Assembly: GCA_021801125.1 (NCBI GenBank)
Contig: JAJYYI010000119.1
Coordinates: 20,191-84,190 of the forward strand
Length of the DNA: 64,000 nucleotides
Reading direction: 5' to 3'
From: Deltaproteobacteria bacterium
GTDB taxonomy: Bacteria; Desulfobacterota; Binatia; Binatales; Binataceae
A program made the position numbers and the translations under genes. Of this stretch, positions 28,597 to 39,483 are shown piece after piece (position 1 is the stretch's first letter; every line of letters begins with the position of its first letter). Under the pieces are notes generated by a model. The model was not told where the DNA came from. It did no database searches and saw only the letters and a program-made list of their open reading frames with translations.

Positions 28597-31044
28597 TCAT
28601 GGCGCAGGGGTTTTGGCGCCCGACAGTCCAGGCAGGGGAACCTTCAGTGCCGCGTACAGCGCGAAGCGCGGGCCGTAAGCCGGCTCGAAAACGCCGATTC
28701 CGGTTCCGTTGCGCAGCAGGTTAGTGCGGTCGAACACATTAATGATCATGATGCGGCTTTCGACGTCGCCAATCTCCGGCACCGTGATGGTGCGGGCAAC
28801 CGCCAAATTGATCTGCCAGTTCATCGGCATTTTCTCTGTGTTTGCAAAGCCGCCGTAGAGCCCGTTGCCGAACAAGCCATCCATGCTGAATAGGTATTTG
28901 TGCCATCGATAAGCGACGGTCCCCGAGGCCGTGTAGAGCTGTTCGTGGTCGAGATAAATGTAGTGGCCAGCGATGTACTGAAGCTCGGCGGGGGTCCAGT
29001 TGAATTGGCCCGATTCCACCTGCTGGCCCTGAGCGATGGAGTAGGTGAAATTAGCTGTCATCATCACCCCACCGGCGTTGTAAGTCAGACTCGTGTCAGC
29101 GCCATAGACGCGTCCGTTCAGGTAGTTGAAGGGAGCAAAAATCGGGATATTGGAGAATTGACCGAGGTCTATAAGGTTCCTGGCCAAGTCGAGGTAGGCG
29201 TCTTCTTCGAGGTTAAGATGCGCGCCGAGTCTGCGGACGACGCCTACGTCAAAAAAGCTGTCACGCTCGGGCTGGATAATCCCGCTCACCGGAACTACAG
29301 ACGCCTGTACAGTGTTGGCGAAGGCGGCGATGCTCTTGGGCTCGATGGTCTCGAACGACGGTGTCTGGAAGTAGCGCGCAAAGCCGGCGTGAAGGGCAGT
29401 CTCGGGATCGAACTGAAAGAGCGCGTTGATGCGCGGGCTTAATTGGTTGGCGTTGGTGAAGCCGAGGACCTGGTCCCAGCGTAGTCCGTAGTTGAGGCTT
29501 AGGCGGCGAGTAACCTGCCACTGATCTTGCGCATAGACCCCGAAGAGCCAGTTGATCTCGTTAAAGTTGTCGAACACCCGTACCGGCACGTCGCTGATCT
29601 GGGGAATCGTGCAACTGGTTGGCGAGCATACGACTGCCGAGGGATCGCCCGGAAAGGTCATCGTGTTGTCGTCCAGCTCAACGCCGTACTCGCCTACGTA
29701 AAAGCCCGTGCGAATAGTGTGATGCTCGTTCAGATGGTAGGTGAAGTCGGCCTCGAGCGTGTTGGCCAGGTCGCTATGAAAGACATCCGAAGCCGCCCCT
29801 TGATAGATGAGATCGCCAACCGGGTCGGGAAGGAAATGAATCGTCGTGTAACTCGTTGAGTAGGCGATTTGGTAATCGAGCTTCGGAGTAAGGACACCGT
29901 TCAGGGCGAACACGGCAAAGTAGTTCTGCTGGAAGAGACTCTCGTTGAGCATCGTCGAGGGGTAAAGCGCCGGATTGACGCCCGCCAGATTGTAGATCGG
30001 AATCTGGCCGGGAAAGTCCGGAAATTGCGTATTGTTCGCATAGACCCCAGCTATCAGGCTTAATCGGGTGGTGGGCGAGAAATTATAGGACAAATAGCCA
30101 AAGCCCTGCCCCTGGTTGGTAAAATCGTGGAGCGGCGTCGGCGCCGGCGTGGCTTGGCTAAAGCCGATGTTGTCCTGCAGATAGAAGCCGGTGACGTAAT
30201 AGCTGAAATCGCCCGAGCATCCGCCGTATTCGAAATTAGGCATCATGGTCTCCCGCTGGCCGCCGTACATCTCAAAATTCCCGCCCTGATTAGCGCATCC
30301 CTCCTTCGTCTTGATATCGATCACGCCGGCGTTTCGATAACCGTACTGCGAGGGCAAAATGCCGTCGAGCAGGCTGATGCTGTCGATAAAGCGCGCGCTG
30401 AGAAACTGGCCGAACCCGGAGGTAGTACCCAGCGGCAACATCACGCCATTAATCTGCCATTGGTAGTCGGCATGATTGCCCTGGATGTGAATTTGTCCAT
30501 TCGAATCGCGCACCACGCCCGGCATCTGGAGCAGCACGTCGTTGATCGGCGTATCCTCCCCGCGGGGCAGATAATTGATATCCTGCTGGGTCAACGTGTA
30601 GGCGCTGTTGCCGGATGGTGACAGGCGGTTCTGTGAAGATGCCAGCCGGCGAGCGCTCAACGGCGCCGCCAGGGCTTGCTCGGCCTCGAGCGCAAGCGTA
30701 ATCGGTTTGGGCGCGCCGCCCGCCGCCAGCGTCACGATCTGTACGGCGGTCTTAAAGCCCACCTTTTCGGCCGTAACCGCATAGACAGCGGCGGCTAGGT
30801 GACTGAAGGCAAAATGGCCCTCGGTATCGCTCGCCGTTCGCGCCAGAACTTTTCCGCCCGCGCTGCGCAGAGAAACCAACGCCTTCTCCAGGGGCCGGCC
30901 GAGTGCGTCCTTGACCGTTCCGCTCATGCTCAAATTGGCCGCTAGCGCGCCGTGAGAAGGCGTCGTATCAGCGAAAATGGGATGCGCTGCGCCGACCGCG
31001 CCCAACAGCGCGACGATCGCGGCGAGTCTCGCAGACTTCCGCAT
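28597..31044 (-). CDS. TonB-dependent outer-membrane receptor with N-terminal carboxypeptidase-regulatory-like domain
   Basis: 815 aa. Signal peptide, then a CarboxypepD_reg-like segment (GTVKDALGRPLEKALVSLRS..TDTEGHFAF), a plug region (DINYLPRGEDTPINDVLLQMPGV) and a long beta-barrel rich in Y/G/N/F repeats. Confidence 0.85.
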   Translation of the reverse strand: MRKSARLAAIVALLGAVGAAHPIFADTTPSHGALAANLSMSGTVKDALGRPLEKALVSLRSAGGKVLARTASDTEGHFAFSHLAAAVYAVTAEKVGFKTAVQIVTLAAGGAPKPITLALEAEQALAAPLSARRLASSQNRLSPSGNSAYTLTQQDINYLPRGEDTPINDVLLQMPGVVRDSNGQIHIQGNHADYQWQINGVMLPLGTTSGFGQFLSARFIDSISLLDGILPSQYGYRNAGVIDIKTKEGCANQGGNFEMYGGQRETMMPNFEYGGCSGDFSYYVTGFYLQDNIGFSQATPAPTPLHDFTNQGQGFGYLSYNFSPTTRLSLIAGVYANNTQFPDFPGQIPIYNLAGVNPALYPSTMLNESLFQQNYFAVFALNGVLTPKLDYQIAYSTSYTTIHFLPDPVGDLIYQGAASDVFHSDLANTLEADFTYHLNEHHTIRTGFYVGEYGVELDDNTMTFPGDPSAVVCSPTSCTIPQISDVPVRVFDNFNEINWLFGVYAQDQWQVTRRLSLNYGLRWDQVLGFTNANQLSPRINALFQFDPETALHAGFARYFQTPSFETIEPKSIAAFANTVQASVVPVSGIIQPERDSFFDVGVVRRLGAHLNLEEDAYLDLARNLIDLGQFSNIPIFAPFNYLNGRVYGADTSLTYNAGGVMMTANFTYSIAQGQQVESGQFNWTPAELQYIAGHYIYLDHEQLYTASGTVAYRWHKYLFSMDGLFGNGLYGGFANTEKMPMNWQINLAVARTITVPEIGDVESRIMIINVFDRTNLLRNGTGIGVFEPAYGPRFALYAALKVPLPGLSGAKTPAP

Positions 31045-31205
31045 CTAAAAACCGTTCACCGCTCACGCCACGCGACCAGCCGCTTGCGGGCGGCTTTGTG
31101 CCGGGTGTCGCGCGAGCGTCACACGCAAGCCGATCGGGACGCGCGTGGCGATTAGCGTGCGCGACCGAGGGCTGGATTTGTCTTAGCGAAGAGGGAAAGA
31201 GCCGA

Positions 31206-31511
31206 TCACCCCAGGCGAGGTGGAGCGCGGCTGAACAGCGAGGTCAAACTGCGCCACGCCCGGGCCTTAAGCTCGGGAAGCGGGAGATACTGAAGCTGCG
31301 GGCGCGGAGCCGCAAGCGCCAGTCCGGACGCCGGCTGCGCGGGTGTATGGAACGCGAACAGGCACAGAGCGCACTCGCCGTTGTCGACCTGAATCGCGCG
31401 TTGCGGCGAATGGCGGTCGAGCGCGGCGGGCAGTTGCGCCAAGAGGACGAGGAGAACCGCTAAGACAAGCCGAGCGGGGCTTCGCACGCTAGACGTCGTG
31501 CTCACAGCCAT
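31206..31511 (-). CDS. small secreted CxxC protein, possibly DUF2946-like
   Basis: 101 aa. Signal-like N-terminus (ARLVLAVLLVLLAQLPAAL), then GECALCLFAFH and a Pro-rich tail ending SRAPP. Co-oriented 160 nt upstream of the TonB-dependent receptor. The DUF2946 assignment is from memory of that family's CxxC pattern and genomic context. Confidence 0.4.
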   Translation of the reverse strand: MAVSTTSSVRSPARLVLAVLLVLLAQLPAALDRHSPQRAIQVDNGECALCLFAFHTPAQPASGLALAAPRPQLQYLPLPELKARAWRSLTSLFSRAPPRLG

Positions 31512-32055
31512 AGCTCCTCGAGCAATCCTCTACACGCATCGAGACTCTATTCACTGACCGGCCCGCCTCATAAGCCCACGGGTTTCGCGCATCCACGCGA
31601 TCGCGGCGCTCAAAGGTGCAACACGGTCAAGCCGAATCCTCGTAACTCAACCGAGCATGCCTCAGTTCAGTTTGAGTAGCAAGCGGAAGCAAGAAGCAAC
31701 TTCTCATCGATCGCCGAGGCCGTGCGAATAGCTTCTACACGTATCCGTGAGCTAACGCGCGAGCCTGCGCGACAGGCCATCCACACTCGACAATAAAAAG
31801 TTGACGCAAAAGTGGTACAAAGCTTGACGTTGCAAAGGTTGGGCAGCTTCACCCACAACCACCAATCCACCACCAGTCACACGAGCTTCGATTGTTCAGT
31901 TGGGCGGCTTCCCTACGACTTGTTGCTAGAGCCGGTTACTACGGCGAATCAACGGAGCAAGGAGGAGGAACACGTGAGCAGAGCGTCTAAGGTTGGAGCA
32001 GTGGGCTGGTAGCGGCGTCGTTGTTTGTGACACTGGCGCTGAGCGAGATCTATAT

Positions 32056-32391
32056 ATGCGGGCTTATGCGCAACAGCTCCAGTATGACAAACAGCGCGCG
32101 GAAGAAATGCTGGAGCACGTCAACGCGGACCTTGAAAAAGCCAAGGGCACGAGACCGCACATAGAACGTGAGGGCCTTATTCGCGCTGCCGAGTCGCTGT
32201 ATGTCGCAGAGCAACAGGCCTACGACATCGGGAACTACAACTTGGCCGACGATTTTCTCCAGGAAGCAGGCAACAGAATTCGCGAGGCATATTCGCCCAT
32301 TCAGCCAGCCGGGCTAAACTCTGAAGGCTTACTGCACCAGACCGGGGCATACCCAAGGCTCGGTTTCCGTGAGCCACCCGGCGCAATATAG
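32056..32391 (+). CDS. hypothetical protein
   Basis: ORF in a visibly AT-richer patch. ATG 32056 is preferred over track start 31993. Helical and charged (QQLQYDKQRAEEMLEHVNADLEKAKG). No family recognised. Confidence 0.3.
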   Translation: MRAYAQQLQYDKQRAEEMLEHVNADLEKAKGTRPHIEREGLIRAAESLYVAEQQAYDIGNYNLADDFLQEAGNRIREAYSPIQPAGLNSEGLLHQTGAYPRLGFREPPGAI

Positions 32392-32679
32392 CCCCGGCCT
32401 GATGGATCGGGCAGAGGAACGTTAGCGAGTCGGCCTGGCAGGTCGCCCAGAAACAGGAGCTTGCCGGGCCGGTTCCTCAGAGGCACTTTTTGTCCAAACC
32501 GCGCGGCGGCCTTAAAAATCCCGCCGAGGTCAGGCGCCGACCGCCGACCCCAGACTGGGCGTGGGGCTGCGCGGTAAGGCGTACATCGGGCCAAAAAAAA
32601 GCAAAGGGGTGACGCCCAGAGCGGATGCCCAGCGCTTTCCGGCTGCGTCGTCGGACCGAAACTCGGACAGCGCGGTGGA

Positions 32680-33501
32680 TCAGGCGCAGCGCACTACTTC
32701 GTGAATCTTCGTTAATTCCGCAAGTAGGGTCGGCAATTGATCCAGGGGGCAGGCGTTCGGCCCGTCGCTCAGCGCGCGGTCGGGATCCTCGTGCACTTCC
32801 ACGAATAGCGCGTCGATTCCCGCGCCGGCAGCGGCACGCGCGAGAGGCGCGATAAACTCACGTTGACCCAGCGAATGCTTGCCGCCCGCTCCCGGCAGTT
32901 GCACGGAATGAGTGGCGTCGAACACCACCGGATAGCCAAAGCGGCGCATCACCACCAGAGAGCGCATGTCGCTTACCAAATTGTTGTACCCGAAGCAAAA
33001 CCCCCGTTCGGTCACCAAAAGGCGCCGATTACCCGCACTCTCGGCTTTGGCCACCACGGGTTGCATATCCCCGGGCGCGAGAAACTGGCCTTTCTTGAGA
33101 TTCACCGCCGCGCCGCTTCGCGCGGCCGCCGTGACCAGATCGGTCTGGCGCGAGAGCAGCGCGGGAATCTGTAATACGTCAACGACTTGGGCGCAGGGCG
33201 CGACCTGCGCGGGCTCGTGCACGTCGGTGAGCACGGGCAGCCCGATTTGGCTTTTGACCGCGGCGAGAATCTCTAGCCCCTGCTCCAGGCCCACGCCCCG
33301 AAACGCTTCATGGCTGGTGCGATTGGCCTTGTCAAAAGAGGACTTGAAGACCAGCCCGACTTGCGCTCGGCGGGCGATTTCGGCCAGCTTCTCGGCGTGA
33401 CGCAAAGAGGAGTCGCGGCTTTCGATCACGCACGGTCCGGCGATCAACGCCAGGCGCGGCCCGCCGAATACCACATCGCCGACTTTGACCTGCGTTACCA
33501 T
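32680..33501 (-). CDS. kdsA: 3-deoxy-8-phosphooctulonate (KDO-8-P) synthase
   Basis: LIAGPCVIESRD, FKSSFDKANR, LTDVHE, QIPALLSRQTDL and VFDATHSVQLPG blocks. Start taken at MVTQVKVGD (ATG 33501), giving a typical ~273 aa. Confidence 0.9.
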   Translation of the reverse strand: MVTQVKVGDVVFGGPRLALIAGPCVIESRDSSLRHAEKLAEIARRAQVGLVFKSSFDKANRTSHEAFRGVGLEQGLEILAAVKSQIGLPVLTDVHEPAQVAPCAQVVDVLQIPALLSRQTDLVTAAARSGAAVNLKKGQFLAPGDMQPVVAKAESAGNRRLLVTERGFCFGYNNLVSDMRSLVVMRRFGYPVVFDATHSVQLPGAGGKHSLGQREFIAPLARAAAGAGIDALFVEVHEDPDRALSDGPNACPLDQLPTLLAELTKIHEVVRCA

Positions 33502-33571
33502 CGTTGCGCCACCCGCGCCGCTTGGCCGGCCGAGGTCTGCCGCCGTGAAAGCGACCGCGCCGCTCGCCGAC

Positions 33572-35993
<2,422 letters not shown>

Positions 35994-36212
35994 CGCATCG
36001 CCACTGCTCGGATATACATCTTACCACCTGCAAGCATTCACATGCTCGGACAAACGCCCCGTTGCCCTTTCACTGCGCCGCTAAGCGATTTTCGGGAGGA
36101 CCCACGCGGTCCTGCAACCGCGCGAATCGGAAGCGGCCGATTAGCTCGACGCACACCATCCTGGCTTCGGCCAGGATACCCAGGCCGCCCGATCAACGCA
36201 CTTCACGTTTGC

Positions 36213-37382
36213 TCATGCGCGGCGATGCTCATTCGTGAGCGCGCCCCACGCGGGCAACTCGGTCCCTTGGGCAATCGCCTTTGCGATCGCGGCGCCCATC
36301 CAAACGCTCAGCGCCACGCCATGCCCGCTATAGCCGCCCGCCACGATCACCGAGGGAGCCGCAGGCAAGCGCCCGAGCAGTGGAGCGAAGTCTTCCGCGA
36401 TCGCGACGGGTCCGGCCCATTGCGCGGCAAACTCGACTCGTTCTAGCGCCGGATGAAGTCCACGAACGCGCCCCTTGAGCCGCTCCATCGCCCGGCGTGG
36501 CTCTTCATCGGCAATATCGACTTTCTCCAACGCGGAAGGAGCGCCAAAGACGAGACCGGCGCCGAAGATAACCTGGCTCTTCCCGAGCATCCGGCCCCAT
36601 AGATAAGGCAGGTCCACGGTATAAAAAGGACAAGACCCAGGACCGAGGCCAAGCGCAGCAAGCGTGGGCGCGCTGAGCGGCTGCGTGGCGCATGCGGTGG
36701 TAAGCGCGCTGCTGACCGAGCGCACCTCGGGCAGCAGGGGGCTCGTCCATGCGTTGAGGGCCGCCACCACGTATTCCGCCTGCACGCTACCCGCGTCGAG
36801 TTCAACCGCGGGCTTCGCGCCGCATAAAATTTTTCTCACCGGCGCCCATTCGTGAAAAGTCGCGCCCGCGCGCGCAGCCGCTCTCGCGAGACCGGCGAGC
36901 AGCGCCATCGGATCGACCGTCCCGCCGTCCACCGAACGCTTGACGCGGATCGCCAGGCCGTCGTCGTGCCACGGCAGGACGCTAGTTCCACGCTCCTGCA
37001 CATGCTCGATCTCCCAGCATCCCGCAAGCTGAGGGTCGCAGTCGATCTGCTCGGCGTCGATTACTTCTTTTAGTTTCTCGACGCAGTGTTCGGTCCCAGG
37101 CAGGATGCCTCGGGCTGTTCCCTGGAGCGCGATCCCGCCGGAGCGCCCGCTTGCGCCATCGCCAAAGACACCCGCTTCGAACACTCGCGCCCGCAGGCCG
37201 CTGCGGGCCAGGTGATATGCAGCCGAGACCCCGGTGAAGCCGCCGCCAACGATCGCGACCTCTGTGCGCGAAAGATCGAGCGGGACGGCCGGCACCGTTT
37301 CAGGGCGCCATGGGGGTTTTCCCCAGCGCCGCTGCCAAAGACCCTCCTCGGTTGCGCGATGCGATTCGGAACTCGTCAGCAT
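36213..37382 (-). CDS. FAD-dependent oxidoreductase (DAO family)
   Basis: 389 aa with a VAIVGGGFTGVSAAYHLARSG dinucleotide-binding fold and GASGRSGG shortly after. Confidence 0.8.
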   Translation of the reverse strand: MLTSSESHRATEEGLWQRRWGKPPWRPETVPAVPLDLSRTEVAIVGGGFTGVSAAYHLARSGLRARVFEAGVFGDGASGRSGGIALQGTARGILPGTEHCVEKLKEVIDAEQIDCDPQLAGCWEIEHVQERGTSVLPWHDDGLAIRVKRSVDGGTVDPMALLAGLARAAARAGATFHEWAPVRKILCGAKPAVELDAGSVQAEYVVAALNAWTSPLLPEVRSVSSALTTACATQPLSAPTLAALGLGPGSCPFYTVDLPYLWGRMLGKSQVIFGAGLVFGAPSALEKVDIADEEPRRAMERLKGRVRGLHPALERVEFAAQWAGPVAIAEDFAPLLGRLPAAPSVIVAGGYSGHGVALSVWMGAAIAKAIAQGTELPAWGALTNEHRRA

Positions 37383-37641
37383 GACCGGAACAACGACTTG
37401 CGACCATTATATCGCGGTACGAGGTCGCCGTCACACTGATTTCGCGCGCTCGCCGCGCGCGGTTGAGCCGCGCCGGCTTGGGCGGGCAAACGCGAAAACC
37501 CTTGCTGCTCAACAGCCTAACAGTCTACGCGCCTGGCAAGTTGCGCCTCTCGTTGCAGGTGGAAATTTCCACGGATTTATATGCGTTCGATCCGCGCTCG
37601 AAGGGACGCCGACGACGCGCGGGGCGTACTCGACGCGCAGA

Positions 37642-39093
37642 CTAAGCGGCGGGGAAACTATGCTGCGCCAGCCACCGTTCGGTCTTAGCCAACGCGGCGC
37701 TCAAGCGCCCCAGGAGCATGTCCATCTCGTTTTCAGAGATCACCAGTGGCGGCGAAAGGCAGATAATGTCGCCCGCGAGTCGCACCAAAAGCCCCATCTC
37801 ACGAGCCGTTTGGCGCAGGAATTTTCCCACTCCCGCGGTCAGCGCGAACGGACGGCGGCTTTGTTTGTCCTGCACCAGTTCGATCCCGGCCATGAGGCCT
37901 TGGCCGCGAATGTCGCCGACGATAGGCGACGCTTCCAGCGCGCGCAACCCCTCGAACATCCGCTCTCCCATACGCCGGGCCCGTTCGACCAGCCGCTCTC
38001 GCTCGATAATCTCCAGTGTCTTGAGCCCGGCCACACAGCACGTGGGATGGCCGGTGTTGGTAAAGCCATGCCATAGAGCGAGACCCGAGGGACCGTTGAA
38101 AATCGCGTGGTAAATCTTTTCGTGGACCAGCACGGCGCCCAGCGGCAGGTAACCGCTGCTGATACCCTTGGCGCAGGTAATGATGTCCGGCGTAACGTCC
38201 CAGTGCTCGCAGCCGAACATCTGGCCGGTACGGCCGCCGCCGGTTATCACTTCGTCGGCCACGAATAGGACGTCATGCCGGTCGCAGATTTGGCGGATGC
38301 GGGTCCAATATTCCTTAGGAGCCGGGATAACGCCGCCTGAGCCGATTACGGGCTCGGCGATGAAAAAGCCGACGTTGTCCGACCCCTCCGCGACAATCGC
38401 CTTTTCCAACTCGTCGGCGCAGGCCAGCGTGCAGGCGTCCGCACCACGACATAGTTCGCACCGGTAGCGGTAGGGCGGCGCGATATGGCGCACCTTGAGC
38501 GCAGGCGGGCCGAAATAACGATGGAAGCGCTCGATCCCGGTCAGCGACGCCGCGCCCAGGGTCGAGCCGTGATAGCCGAAATATCGCGCAACGGCGGTCG
38601 TCTTCGCGGGTTTGCCCTGGAGAGCGAAATATAACCGCGACAATCGAATCACCGACTCGTTCGACTCCGACCCGCCGCTGGTCAACAGCACCCGCTTAAG
38701 CTCGCCCGGAGCAAGCGCCGCGAGCTTTGCGGCAAACTCAATCGCCGGCGGCGTGCTGAGACCGAGCAGGTTCACATGAAAGGAAAGCCGCTCGATCTGC
38801 TCGCGCACAGCCTCCGCGATTTCCGTGCGGCCGAAACCGAGGTTGACGTTCCAGATGCCGGCTGCCGAATCGAGATACTCGTTCCCGTCAGCATCCCACA
38901 CGAACACGCCTTTGCCCCGCACGAGGATCGTCGGACCCCTGACCGCGTGCTCGTCGAGCGGTATGAAGCTCGGCAGCATGTGGGTGCGCTCTAGCTCGGC
39001 CAGGCGCTGGAGATCGAGCTTTGGCGCGGGCGACGACGCGCCAGCGCTGCCGGCCGTTTCAGCCGGTGGAGTTTGCGTCGCGGCTTTCTTCAT
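37642..39093 (-). CDS. class-III (omega) aminotransferase, PLP-dependent
   Basis: TSGGSESNE, GYHGST, FIAEPV.GSGGV, DEVITG.GRTG and the TCAKGISSGYLPLG (Lys-PLP) motifs. Start taken at MKKAATQ (ATG 39093). Confidence 0.85.
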   Translation of the reverse strand: MKKAATQTPPAETAGSAGASSPAPKLDLQRLAELERTHMLPSFIPLDEHAVRGPTILVRGKGVFVWDADGNEYLDSAAGIWNVNLGFGRTEIAEAVREQIERLSFHVNLLGLSTPPAIEFAAKLAALAPGELKRVLLTSGGSESNESVIRLSRLYFALQGKPAKTTAVARYFGYHGSTLGAASLTGIERFHRYFGPPALKVRHIAPPYRYRCELCRGADACTLACADELEKAIVAEGSDNVGFFIAEPVIGSGGVIPAPKEYWTRIRQICDRHDVLFVADEVITGGGRTGQMFGCEHWDVTPDIITCAKGISSGYLPLGAVLVHEKIYHAIFNGPSGLALWHGFTNTGHPTCCVAGLKTLEIIERERLVERARRMGERMFEGLRALEASPIVGDIRGQGLMAGIELVQDKQSRRPFALTAGVGKFLRQTAREMGLLVRLAGDIICLSPPLVISENEMDMLLGRLSAALAKTERWLAQHSFPAA

Positions 39094-39483
39094 CTCGTTG
39101 GACCTGACGTTCGGACCGCAGTCACACGCTCTGACAAATGCTTTCGTTAATTTTTGGTTAACTAAGGCTACACCGTAGCCGTCAAAGCGGCCAGCAGGTG
39201 ACAATTGGCCTGAAGGTTATCGCACGACGTGGTTCCATAGACGGTAAAGACGGCAGGACCGGAACCGAGGTGGCGGCGGTTGCGATTGGGTTTGAACCCG
39301 GACAAACTAAATGTTGGACTTTCGGGGTAGAGCTTTCAACCGCTTTCGCGCGTGACGCGGGGAAGCTGAGCGTCGCCCGGTCGCCGTCGCTGAGGACCGA
39401 CACTGCCCCCTTCCTTTTGAAATCACGTCGTTTGAGGCGGCTCGTCTCGGAGTCAGGAATTAGAAAACGGAAAAGGCAGGCTT

